64,000 nucleotides of DNA from Candidatus Peregrinibacteria bacterium (GCA_043810515.1 JBDRNZ010000012.1:9474-73473), one strand, 5' to 3'; shown: positions 47,928 through 56,906, numbered from the stretch's first letter. Numbers and translations: made by a program. Notes: generated by a model from the sequence alone, not told the origin.

Positions 47928-48494
47928 ATGAATAAGATAAATATCAATGATCCGGAGGTGGTGGCCGCGGCTGTCAGGGTTTTGAGGAATGGGGGAGTGG
48001 TAATGCATCCGACCGAGACGTGCTATGGATTTGCAGTCGATGTTTTTAATGAAAAAGCTTTGGAGAAACTTTATAGGCTGAAGGGCAGGGATTTTGACAA
48101 GCCTGTGAGTATTCTGGTGAATAGTTTTGAAATGGCGGAGAAGTATGGGGTTTTTTCGGAAAAAGCCCTGGAGATTGCGAGGAAGTACTGGCCGGGACCG
48201 CTTTCTATCGTGGTGCCGAGTGAGGAGAAGAGTGTTTCGATACGATTTTCGGATAATGGGTTTTGTAATGATATGGTTAGGGAATTTGGAGGTCCTGTCA
48301 CGACGACCAGTGCAAATGTTTCCGGAAATGAACCTCTTTATGAACCGGATCTGAGTCAGTTTGGTGAAAATACGGACGTGATTGATCTGGTTGTCGATGG
48401 TGGAAAACTGGAGCGGAAAGCGCCGTCTACTGTCGTAAAAATCTTCGGCGAAAACGTGGAAATTTTGAGACAGGGCGGAATCAGGATTTTATGA
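47928..48494 (+). CDS. tsaC: L-threonylcarbamoyladenylate synthase (TsaC/YrdC/Sua5 family)
   Basis: PTETCYG, KGR...KP, YWPGPLS, TTTSANVSG, PSTVV, ILRQG. Confidence 0.93.
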   Translation: MNKININDPEVVAAAVRVLRNGGVVMHPTETCYGFAVDVFNEKALEKLYRLKGRDFDKPVSILVNSFEMAEKYGVFSEKALEIARKYWPGPLSIVVPSEEKSVSIRFSDNGFCNDMVREFGGPVTTTSANVSGNEPLYEPDLSQFGENTDVIDLVVDGGKLERKAPSTVVKIFGENVEILRQGGIRIL

Positions 48495-48540
48495 TCAAAA
48501 ATGTTATACGATAAATTTATAATCTCTCAACTTCCTTATG

Positions 48541-48625
48541 TTGACCGGAATTGCTTTTTTCTCTAAGTTAGATTCAAGTTTGAGTGTAAAAAAGTTGTAC
48601 ACATATTGCGCACAAGTTTTGAACA
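48541..48625 (+). promoter_or_regulatory. Putative rsmH promoter followed by three phased DnaA-box-like 9-mers
   Basis: TTGACC-N17-TAAGTT; TTGTACACA (48595), TTGCGCACA (48606), TTTTGAACA (48617). Confidence 0.45.
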
Positions 48626-48668
48626 TTAAAAACACTGAAGTCTTAAGTTTTCTTTATTTAGAGCCAAA

Positions 48669-49601
48669 ATGGAGCATGTACCGGTACTAAAGGATGTTGT
48701 TCAAAAGTATCTGGATGTGAGGAGAGGGGAGGTGGTTTTGGACGCAACTCTCGGCCTTGGGGGACATTCTCTGGAAATTCTCAAAAGTCTGGGAAAAAAG
48801 GGAAAACTCATCGCTTTCGAACAGGATGAAAGGAATCTGCAGGAGGCGAAGAAAAGGCTGAAGGCATTCGAAAAGCAAATCATTTATATTCACGATAACT
48901 TTCGTTACTTAAAAAATAGAATTACTGGTGAAGGTATAAAAAGCGTTGATAAGATCTTTTTTGATCTTGGCTTGTCGTCGCCGCATGTTGACGATCCGGA
49001 GCGTGGATTTTCCTTTATGAAGGAAGGGCCGCTCGACATGAGATTTGACAGGCGGAGCGATCTTACCGCGAGTGATGTCGTTAATACTTACAGCGAGGAG
49101 GAGCTTGCACGGATTTTTTATGATTATGGAGAGGAAAGATTCGCAAAAAAAATCGTGCGCGGCATATGCGGGAGGCGGAAAGAAAAAGCATTCGAAACAA
49201 CAACCGATCTGGCCGGATTTATTGAGAGCATTATCCCCAAAAGGGGGCATAAGCTTCATCCCGCGACAAAGATTTTCCAGGCGCTGCGCATAGAGGTAAA
49301 TGACGAGATCAATGCGCTGAAAAAGGCTTTGGAGCAGGCCGCTTCCGTCCTTAAGACTGGAGGCAGGATCGTTGTGATTTCGTATCATTCCCTTGAAGAC
49401 AGAGTGGTGAAACAGTTTTTTAAAAAACTTATCAGCCCGCCGGCTACGCAGAGTGAAGCCATTTACAGAAATTTCGGAGAGCCGTTCTTTGAAGCTATTA
49501 CCAAGAAACCAGTAGTTCCAACTGAAGAAGAGATAATGAAAAATCCGAGAAGCAGGAGCGCGAAGCTCAGAGCTTACACGAAACTCAAAGACGTTGATTA
49601 A
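48669..49601 (+). CDS. rsmH: 16S rRNA m4C1402 methyltransferase
   Basis: HVPVL, DATLGLGGHS, DLGLSS, GPLDMR, FQALRIEVN, SYHSLEDR, NPRSRSAKLR. Confidence 0.97.
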   Translation: MEHVPVLKDVVQKYLDVRRGEVVLDATLGLGGHSLEILKSLGKKGKLIAFEQDERNLQEAKKRLKAFEKQIIYIHDNFRYLKNRITGEGIKSVDKIFFDLGLSSPHVDDPERGFSFMKEGPLDMRFDRRSDLTASDVVNTYSEEELARIFYDYGEERFAKKIVRGICGRRKEKAFETTTDLAGFIESIIPKRGHKLHPATKIFQALRIEVNDEINALKKALEQAASVLKTGGRIVVISYHSLEDRVVKQFFKKLISPPATQSEAIYRNFGEPFFEAITKKPVVPTEEEIMKNPRSRSAKLRAYTKLKDVD

Positions 49602-49647
49602 ATTTTTTACTCATTCTCATTCTCATTCCTAAAACTCATTCCTAAAC

Positions 49648-50001
49648 ATGCCACAGCTTGTACTGTCACGCGGCAGTAGTTATAAAAGGGGACTTATAAA
49701 AAGGTTTTTACCGAATTTTCAGGTCGGGCCGTATTTTCTTATCGGCTCGCTTGTGGGTTTTGTCGCCTTGGTAACCGTGATAACACTTATGTTTTCCGCG
49801 CGGCAGGTGACGAAAGGGTATGTGCTTGATTCTCTTGATACTGTGCATCAGGATCTTGTTCGCGAGAGCGAGAAACAGGACATGCAGATTTCACAGGTAC
49901 GTTCTCTGAACTTTATTGAAGAATCTTCGAAGGTTGCTTCGATGAGGCGGCCAAACGAGGTGGTTTTTGTTAACGGCGAGACGGCTATCGCGAAAAACTA
50001 A
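49648..50001 (+). CDS. Bitopic membrane protein, probable FtsL-like
   Basis: Single TM segment then a short coiled coil; sits directly after rsmH, the usual ftsL position. Confidence 0.6.
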   Translation: MPQLVLSRGSSYKRGLIKRFLPNFQVGPYFLIGSLVGFVALVTVITLMFSARQVTKGYVLDSLDTVHQDLVRESEKQDMQISQVRSLNFIEESSKVASMRRPNEVVFVNGETAIAKN

Positions 50002-50012
50002 CGGGGTGCGGA

Positions 50013-50130
50013 GGCTGGATGGTTGGCGGTTGGCGGCCGGATGGCCGGGCGGTTGGCGGTCGGATGGCCGGGCGGTTGGCGGCTGGATGGCCGGCGGTTG
50101 GCGGCTGGATGGTTGGCGGTTGGCGGCCGG
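50013..50130 (+). repeat. G-rich tandem repeat, five 22-23 bp units
   Basis: Unit GGYYGGATGGYY(G)GGCGGTTGGC at 50013, 50035, 50058, 50081 and 50103; units 1 and 5 are identical; followed by a T-tract. Confidence 0.92.
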
Positions 50131-50284
50131 GTTTTTTGGTGAATGGATTTTGCGGGGCCAGACGTGAGCGGGGTCGAAGGTGAGCGTATACTCACCATGC
50201 AATATATCTTTAAAACTTCAAGTCAAAATGCTGGATTTTTGGCGGGAGGAAGCTAGAATACAGACATTCATTACCCGCCGAAAT

Positions 50285-51223
50285 ATGAAAATGACCCCAG
50301 AAGAAACAGCAATTTATCGGGATTTTGAATGTTGCGGGAAAAATTCCAAAAAATGGATGAACAAGTGCGTGCTGATGCTTCCAAAAATAGAAAAAATGCG
50401 AATTTGGGAGAAGAAAGGATTTTCAAGTATTTATGAATTTGCGGCAAAGCTTGCCGGAATGAACCGGGACAAGGTAAACGAGGGGCTAAGAATTCTCAAA
50501 AGGACGGAAAGTATGCCGGATATTCAAAAAGTTATAGAAAAAAAGGGAATCTGGGCAGTCAGGCCTATTGTTCGGGTGGCGACGCCGGAAAATCAAAAAT
50601 TCTGGGCGGGGAAGGCTGAGACGATGAGCAAAAATACGTTGGAGACTTATGTTAGAGATATCAAAAATCAAGGCCGTCCCAGGACGGGTAATCCGATTGA
50701 ATCCGGTTTAAGCAAGCCAAGTTTTTCTAAAAAATCCTCAAAAATTACCGTTTCAATGAAGCTTGATCCGGAGGTGCTTGAAATACTTGCGAAATTAAAG
50801 GGTACAAACGACTGGAATGCCACTATGAAAAGTCTTTTAGAGTCGCATGAAAAAGAAACTCAGAGAGAGCAACGGGCGATTGAGGCTGAAAAACCTGAAA
50901 AAGTGAAAACATTTTCCCGTCACGTTCCTATAAAAATTCGGAAGTACGTAAAAGCCCGTGCGGGAAATCGCTGTGAAGCTCCGAACTGCACGAAGCCGGG
51001 CAGACATCTGCACCACACAACGCCTTTTGCTCTGAAAAAAGAACACGATCCGGATAAAATACGTTTTTTATGTGAGGAGCACCACGATATTGCTCACTGT
51101 GGATTAATCCGGAATGAGGATGGGGTGCCGGAAGGGTGGAGTGTAATCAGGTTGCCGGATATGTTTGATTTTAAAAGCGTGATAAACTGGAGAGTTGCGG
51201 AATTTGGGCGTGGGGCGGGGTAG
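50285..51223 (+). CDS. HNH endonuclease-domain protein (likely mobile/accessory)
   Basis: C-terminal RCEAPNC...HLHHTTPF...LCEEHHDIAH; N-terminal helical domain with GFSSIYEFA. ATG 50285 preferred over GTG 50180. Confidence 0.8.
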   Translation: MKMTPEETAIYRDFECCGKNSKKWMNKCVLMLPKIEKMRIWEKKGFSSIYEFAAKLAGMNRDKVNEGLRILKRTESMPDIQKVIEKKGIWAVRPIVRVATPENQKFWAGKAETMSKNTLETYVRDIKNQGRPRTGNPIESGLSKPSFSKKSSKITVSMKLDPEVLEILAKLKGTNDWNATMKSLLESHEKETQREQRAIEAEKPEKVKTFSRHVPIKIRKYVKARAGNRCEAPNCTKPGRHLHHTTPFALKKEHDPDKIRFLCEEHHDIAHCGLIRNEDGVPEGWSVIRLPDMFDFKSVINWRVAEFGRGAG

Positions 51224-51241
51224 GGTGACTAGGGTGACGGG
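51206..51241 (+). other. Canonical G-quadruplex-forming motif spanning the HNH stop codon
   Basis: GGG-cgt-GGGG-c-GGGG-ta-GGG-tgacta-GGG-tgac-GGG: six G3+ tracts; TAGGGTGAC occurs twice. Confidence 0.6.
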
Positions 51242-51351
51242 TGTTGTGCTGGTGCGAGGTTAGTTGTGGGAAAAGGCTGGAATCTTTTATTGAAATTTTT
51301 GCGGATTTCGTTTAAGTTTTTTTAGGGTTTTTTATTTGGTAAAATTTTTTT

Positions 51352-52401
51352 ATGGCTATAGCTGACTTTTCAAAAGAAAATAATCCCAATGTCCGCGAAA
51401 TGGCCGGGGGTTATGTTTTGTCGAATCTGAAAACGCTTCTTTCTGTTGCGGACGGGGGGGCCGGGGCGGATAGGAAAAAATTTGGAGTTGTGGCGTGCAA
51501 TATCAGAAGCCGTTTTATCTTAAACGCGGTGCTTGAGGCGGCATGGAAGGAGAAATCTCCGGTGATTCTTGAAATCGCGGAAAGTGAGGCGAAATACTGC
51601 AATATGATGCCGAAAAGACTGGCTGACATGGCTTACGAGGGGATTGAAAAAATGATTTCAAAATACGGCTACAGCGTGCCGGTCTGCATTCATCATGATC
51701 ATGTTCAGAAAGACGTGGATGGTTGCGTGGAGAGGGCTACAGAGTCCGGGTTTTCTTCCGTTGAAATCGACCTTTCGAAACTTCCGGGTTCGGAGAATAT
51801 CGCGAAGTGCAAAGAAGTGGTGGAAAAGCTTGATCCGCTTGGAATTTCTCTTGAAGTCGAGGACGGTGAGATAGGAAACGCGGACGCGCTAGCCGATCCG
51901 GATGTTGAAAAAAATATTTCCGAGTATTATTCGAAAGTTTCGGATTGTGTTGCGCTGTGCGAGGCGGTGAAGCCTACCGCTCTGGCTTTTTTTGTGGGAA
52001 ACGGGCATGGCCAGTATCTGAGGCGTCCTATTATCGGCTATGACAGGATCAGGGAAATATGTGATGCGGTGCGGCCGCTCGGGGTTTTTGGCGTGATGCA
52101 CGGAGGCAGCGGGCTGATGCCGGAAGAATTCAACAAATGTATTGAAAGTGGCGCGAGGAAGTTTAACTACGCGACTTCGATTTCCGATATATGGTTCAAG
52201 CATTTTCCGCCCGAGCTTATGGGGAAAATGGAGGCGGCTGGTAAGGAACAGGGCAAACCGGTGCGAAAAGTTCTGGATCAGTTTGAGGGGGAATGGGACA
52301 AGCTGGATTTTTCCGCGGCTGAAACCGAGATGACCGATCATGTCGCGATGATGATGAGAGAGGCTTTTAAAAGCAGCGGCAGGGCCGATTTATATTCCTA
52401 A
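51352..52401 (+). CDS. fba: Class II fructose-bisphosphate aldolase
   Basis: SPVILEI, IHHDH, GFSSVEIDLS, GNGHG, VMHGGSG, KFN. Confidence 0.88.
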   Translation: MAIADFSKENNPNVREMAGGYVLSNLKTLLSVADGGAGADRKKFGVVACNIRSRFILNAVLEAAWKEKSPVILEIAESEAKYCNMMPKRLADMAYEGIEKMISKYGYSVPVCIHHDHVQKDVDGCVERATESGFSSVEIDLSKLPGSENIAKCKEVVEKLDPLGISLEVEDGEIGNADALADPDVEKNISEYYSKVSDCVALCEAVKPTALAFFVGNGHGQYLRRPIIGYDRIREICDAVRPLGVFGVMHGGSGLMPEEFNKCIESGARKFNYATSISDIWFKHFPPELMGKMEAAGKEQGKPVRKVLDQFEGEWDKLDFSAAETEMTDHVAMMMREAFKSSGRADLYS

Positions 52402-52413
52402 AAAAAATTCAGA

Positions 52414-53418
52414 ATGGCTATAAAAATTGCGATAAACGGATATGGACGAATAGGACGTGATCTTCACAGACAGATTCTTGGGATGGATGATATTGAGATT
52501 GTTGCGATAAACAGCCGGGCGGGGGCGGATTCACACGCGTATCTGCTGAAATATGATTCTCTTTATGGGAAATGTGACGCTGATATAAAAGTTTCGGGGG
52601 GAAATCTTGTTGTTGACGGAAAAACCATCAGCGTTTACCAGATAGCTGATCCTGCGAAAATAGACTGGGCGAAGCACGATGTTGATGTTGTGATCGAATC
52701 GACCGGCAGATTTACCTCAAAAGCTGACGCGGAGCTTCATATAAAAGCGGGGGCCAAAAATGTGCTGATTACTGCGCCGTGCAAAGATCCGGATGTTCCA
52801 AATGTCGTGATGGGCGTGAATGAAAAAGATTTTAATCCGGCGGAATATAATGTTGTCTCAAACGCTTCGTGCACCACAAACTGCCTTGCGCCTGTGATGA
52901 AAGTTTTACACGAAACTTTTAAGGTGGAGAGTGCTTTTGTCACAACAATTCATGCTTTTACATATACGCAGAATCTGCTGGATAATTCCAATCCGGAAGA
53001 TTTCAGAAGGTCGCGTGCCACGACCGAGTCCATTATTCCAACAACAACCGGTGCCATGAAAGCAATCGGGCGCGTGATCCCGGAGCTTGAAGGGAAAATT
53101 GACGGAATGGCTTTCCGCGTGCCGATTCCGACTGTTTCGTGTGTTGATCTTGCGGCGAAACTTTCGAAAGAGATATCCGCGGAGGAGATAAATGACGCGT
53201 TTAAAAAATATGAGGGCGGCGAGCTGAAAGGTATTCTAGGAACGACCGACGAAATGGTTGTTTCCGTGGATTTCAGGGGCGACAGCAGGTCGAGTATCGT
53301 GGATCTGCTGAGTACGAAAGTTTTGAAAGGGGATTACTGTAAAGTGGTTTCCTGGTATGACAATGAGTGGGGGTATGTTGCAAGGATTGTAGATCTGGTA
53401 AAATGGATTGCGGTATGA
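52414..53418 (+). CDS. gap: Second type I GAPDH (GapB-like signature)
   Basis: [29 protein letters not shown]; AINSR and LDNS in place of NAD-type residues. Confidence 0.92.
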   Translation: MAIKIAINGYGRIGRDLHRQILGMDDIEIVAINSRAGADSHAYLLKYDSLYGKCDADIKVSGGNLVVDGKTISVYQIADPAKIDWAKHDVDVVIESTGRFTSKADAELHIKAGAKNVLITAPCKDPDVPNVVMGVNEKDFNPAEYNVVSNASCTTNCLAPVMKVLHETFKVESAFVTTIHAFTYTQNLLDNSNPEDFRRSRATTESIIPTTTGAMKAIGRVIPELEGKIDGMAFRVPIPTVSCVDLAAKLSKEISAEEINDAFKKYEGGELKGILGTTDEMVVSVDFRGDSRSSIVDLLSTKVLKGDYCKVVSWYDNEWGYVARIVDLVKWIAV

Positions 53419-54347
53419 AAAAATTTTCCGATTATTTAGAGGAGGCGGGTGTTGATTACGGACTTTATGGTGTCTTGAACAGCCTGAAGGATGTTGTCGC
53501 GCGTGTGAGTGATTTTATAAAGACTGCGGACAGTTCGTTTCAGGGTTCGAAAAATATTTTTGGTGAGGAGCAGTTGAAACTGGATGTTGCCGCGGATAAA
53601 TTTGTTCAGGAGGAAATGAAAAAAAATTCTCTTATCGGACTTATTGCTTCGGAGGAATTGCCTGAAGAAATGGACGTGAGCAACAAAGATACCGGCGGAG
53701 GCGAGTTTGCGGTGGCGTACGATCCGCTTGATGGTTCTTCGCTTGTTGATGTAAATCTGGCGGTCGGATCTATTTTTGGTGTTTATAAAATGCCGAATTC
53801 AAAGGGTGCGCGGAGCTTTGTCGGGGTGAAAGGCGATGATCAGCTGGCTTCAATGCTTGCTATTTACGGGCCGCGGACGACTATTGTTCTGACTGTTAAA
53901 AAAGGTGTGGCCGAGTTTTTGCTTGATGATGGGGAATTTATTCTTGTGCGTGATGATATTAAAGTTTCCGGCGGAAAAATGTTTGCTCCCGGAAATCTGA
54001 GGGCGTGCGCGTCGAGGCCGGATTACCTTGATCTTGTGACTTATTGGTGCAAAGAGCAGTACACTCTGCGTTATTCCGGCGGGATGGTTCCGGATGTGAA
54101 TCAGATACTTTTGAAGGGCAAAGGCATTTTTTCCTATCCGGGTTACGGCGATGTGCCTGATGGAAAGCTTAGGCTTCTTTTTGAATGTGCACCGATGGCT
54201 CTTCTTATGGAACAGGCCGGCGGGGCGGCCACGGATGGAAAAATGCGGATTTTGGAAAAGGAGCTTTTGAAAATTGATCAGAGGACGCCGATATTTATCG
54301 GAAGCAAGGAAGAAGTTAAAAGGTGCGAGGATTTTCTTTCCCGATAG
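53415..54347 (+). CDS. fbp: Fructose-1,6-bisphosphatase class 1
   Basis: GEEQLKLDV, ASEE, DPLDGSS, RYSGGMVPD, KLRLLFECAP; ATGA overlap with the gap2 stop. Confidence 0.95.
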   Translation: MKKFSDYLEEAGVDYGLYGVLNSLKDVVARVSDFIKTADSSFQGSKNIFGEEQLKLDVAADKFVQEEMKKNSLIGLIASEELPEEMDVSNKDTGGGEFAVAYDPLDGSSLVDVNLAVGSIFGVYKMPNSKGARSFVGVKGDDQLASMLAIYGPRTTIVLTVKKGVAEFLLDDGEFILVRDDIKVSGGKMFAPGNLRACASRPDYLDLVTYWCKEQYTLRYSGGMVPDVNQILLKGKGIFSYPGYGDVPDGKLRLLFECAPMALLMEQAGGAATDGKMRILEKELLKIDQRTPIFIGSKEEVKRCEDFLSR

Positions 54348-54426
54348 GCCGGGCATGGCGGGGAAGGTAATGTTTGACATTTTAACGTGAAAATGTTTAA
54401 AATCTATGCTTGCTTAAGGAAATTTT

Positions 54427-55008
54427 ATGGTGAAAAGTGATTTTAATGAGAGGAAGGATGAGATTGAGAGCCTTGTTGGAAAAGTTCAGGAAGGGGATCA
54501 TGATGCTTTTTCCGTGCTGTACGATATTTTTATTAATCATATTTACCGGTATGTTTATTACCGTGTGAAGAGCGGCGATGCCGAGGATCTTACCGAAACC
54601 GTTTTTCTTAAAGTCTGGGAGAATATTAATAAATACAAGCCCCAGAAACGATCCTTTTCGGCATGGGTTTTCAGGATTGCGCATAACCTTGTTGTTGATT
54701 ACTACAGAGCTTCCAAAGACAGAGATTTTGACGAACTGAAGATCGATATTCCGGATTATAAAAGAGAACACAGTCCTATAAATAATACTGAAAAGAGCAT
54801 TGATCAGGATATTTTAAGGCAGGCGATTGGTAAGCTTAAAAAAGCTTATCGCGAGATTGTTGTTTATAAATTTGTTAACGAACTTACGAACAGCGAGATT
54901 TCCGAAATTCTTAATAAAAGCGAGGGAAGTGTTAGGATTCTTCAGTACCGTGCGCTCAAGGCCCTGAGGCGCGAGCTTGACGACATGGGGGCTCATTATG
55001 ATGTTTAG
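54427..55008 (+). CDS. ECF sigma-70 factor
   Basis: DAEDLTETVFLKVW, FSAWVFRIAHN, region 4 EISEILNKSEGSVR...RAL. Confidence 0.93.
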   Translation: MVKSDFNERKDEIESLVGKVQEGDHDAFSVLYDIFINHIYRYVYYRVKSGDAEDLTETVFLKVWENINKYKPQKRSFSAWVFRIAHNLVVDYYRASKDRDFDELKIDIPDYKREHSPINNTEKSIDQDILRQAIGKLKKAYREIVVYKFVNELTNSEISEILNKSEGSVRILQYRALKALRRELDDMGAHYDV

Positions 55009-55009
55009 T

Positions 55010-55035
55010 AGTAACAGAAGCTAAAAATTAACGTT
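55010..55035 (+). promoter_or_regulatory. Possible ECF-type promoter between sigma and anti-sigma genes
   Basis: AGTAAC-N16-CGTT. Confidence 0.45.
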
Positions 55036-55055
55036 TGACGGAGTGTCGGACTAGT

Positions 55056-56906
55056 ATGAAAACTATTATGTTTACGCCTAAAGAAAAAGTAGCTGATGAA
55101 ATGCTGGAAAAAGGCTTGAGGAATATTCCAAAGCCAAAGCTTGATGCTGAAAAAAGTGTAGCTATGAAGCGTAGCGTTATGTCGCAGCTCGAATTGCCAG
55201 TTGTGGCGTATATACGAAGTCTTGTTGCGAAAATGAATCTTGATTCTTATAAGCGCGCTACCCTGAAGGACCGTATTTTTGAGCTGATTTCAAGCAGCCG
55301 CCAGAAGCATTTTTATATTTCAAATATTTTTGCCTACCATAAGAAATTTGCGAGCGCTTTTGTTTTGTTTATCATGATGATCGGAATGTTTGCGTTTGTT
55401 AATTTCAGTTATTCCGGAGTCGTGATGGCCGAAACTTTTACCATTCTGGATTCGTACAGCGGTGAGGTGAGTGTAAACAGAAACGGAGAAGATGTTGAAG
55501 TGCAGAGGGGAATGAGGATTTATGAAAACGATATAATCTCTACCGGCGACGATGGATTTGCGAGCATACGATTTTTTGATGACAGTGTTGGTCGTCTGGC
55601 GGATGGTACGGAAATTATTGTAAATAAACTTTTCAGACCGTCCGAAAGTTCTGTTGAAAGTTACGTTGAAATATCGTTATTAAGCGGCTCCGTCTGGGCG
55701 CGTGTCGTAAATCTTGTAGAAAGCCAGTCGTCCTTTGTCGTAAAGGCCGGAGGAATGTATGCGTCTGCGAGAAAGGCCGCGTTTAATGTAAAAGTTCACA
55801 ATGATGATGTTGAAATAGGTGTTTTTAATCATATGGTTGATGTTTCTGTTGATGGTGATTCCGGAAATTCTGAAAAAATAGTTACGGGCCAAAAGGTTGT
55901 TGCCAGTGCCGGTAGCAATGTTAGTGTCCAGAATATTGATGAAGGTGAACAGCAGACTGCGTGGGTGCAGAAAAATCTCAGTGATGACAAGGTGTACCTT
56001 ATTGAATCTGAAAAAAGACTGCTTAATGCGAAGCTTGAGAGTGTCGGAATAGATGCCAACAGCAATTTTAATTATGATAAATCCGTTATTGATGAGGTTT
56101 CGTTGTTTTTGACTTTTGATGATGTTAAAAAGGCAAAAAAGGAACTGGATCTTGCGGAGAAGAGCTTTGTTGTCGCGGAAGCGAATTTGAGCGATCCAGC
56201 CATAACTGATGATGAAAGAGCAAAGGCCGAGGCTGCTTTGAATGATTTTTCCGATGAAGTTAAAAAATTCTATGATTTTATCGTGGAGGTTGCAACTACT
56301 GACCCCAAGTACGCAAGCGAGCTTGAAGCTTACGTAAAGGACAAAATTTTATCGCAAAAAAAGAGCCTGGGTCTTCTTCTTCCCGGCTCGCCTTCATATT
56401 CCGCAAAAACTACCATTGATGACCTGGAACTTCTTGCCGCTCATAATGATGCCGAACTTGTTGGGATGAAACGCGATCAGACTCTTTCAAAGTTATCGGA
56501 TGCGGAGCAGCTTATCGAGAGAGGAGGTGATCAGGAAGCGGCCACGAATGCTGTTGAGGAATATAAGTCCGATCTTGGCGATGTTATTGATATTATAGAT
56601 TCTATTGATGACAGTTCGTCCGATTTGAAAGGGGAGCTTGCCCAGGATGTTGCCCAGGATGTCAAACTTCTTGATAATATCAAAGTGGTTTCGGACGATG
56701 ATGTTGTGAAAATAAAAAATGACTTAAGCAGGATTACCGGCGATGATTTCTCCAAGGTGGATGTGATTGATGCGGACAGCCAGGAGGCCGACGACACACA
56801 AAGTTCCGACGACACGCAAAAGGTTGATGACGCTGATTTGCAGAGATCCGAGACTTATGATGTTGAACTTCAGGGAGATAAGCCTCTTTCGCCTCTTCTA
56901 TATTAA
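55056..56906 (+). CDS. Membrane-anchored FecR-domain protein, probable anti-sigma factor
   Basis: TM segment near aa 100-120; FecR pattern DIISTGDDGFASIRFFDDSVGRL...LLSGSVW; acidic helical C-terminus; directly follows the ECF sigma. Confidence 0.75.
   Translation: MKTIMFTPKEKVADEMLEKGLRNIPKPKLDAEKSVAMKRSVMSQLELPVVAYIRSLVAKMNLDSYKRATLKDRIFELISSSRQKHFYISNIFAYHKKFASAFVLFIMMIGMFAFVNFSYSGVVMAETFTILDSYSGEVSVNRNGEDVEVQRGMRIYENDIISTGDDGFASIRFFDDSVGRLADGTEIIVNKLFRPSESSVESYVEISLLSGSVWARVVNLVESQSSFVVKAGGMYASARKAAFNVKVHNDDVEIGVFNHMVDVSVDGDSGNSEKIVTGQKVVASAGSNVSVQNIDEGEQQTAWVQKNLSDDKVYLIESEKRLLNAKLESVGIDANSNFNYDKSVIDEVSLFLTFDDVKKAKKELDLAEKSFVVAEANLSDPAITDDERAKAEAALNDFSDEVKKFYDFIVEVATTDPKYASELEAYVKDKILSQKKSLGLLLPGSPSYSAKTTIDDLELLAAHNDAELVGMKRDQTLSKLSDAEQLIERGGDQEAATNAVEEYKSDLGDVIDIIDSIDDSSSDLKGELAQDVAQDVKLLDNIKVVSDDDVVKIKNDLSRITGDDFSKVDVIDADSQEADDTQSSDDTQKVDDADLQRSETYDVELQGDKPLSPLLY

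Noticed and set aside
50013-50130. Possible CRISPR array
   Set aside because: Units are contiguous with no unique spacers and there are no cas genes in the window.
49891-50202. Pro/Arg- or Gly/Trp-rich ORFs across the G-rich repeat
   Set aside because: Unit lengths of 22-23 bp do not preserve frame; the ORFs are open only because the repeat lacks stop codons.
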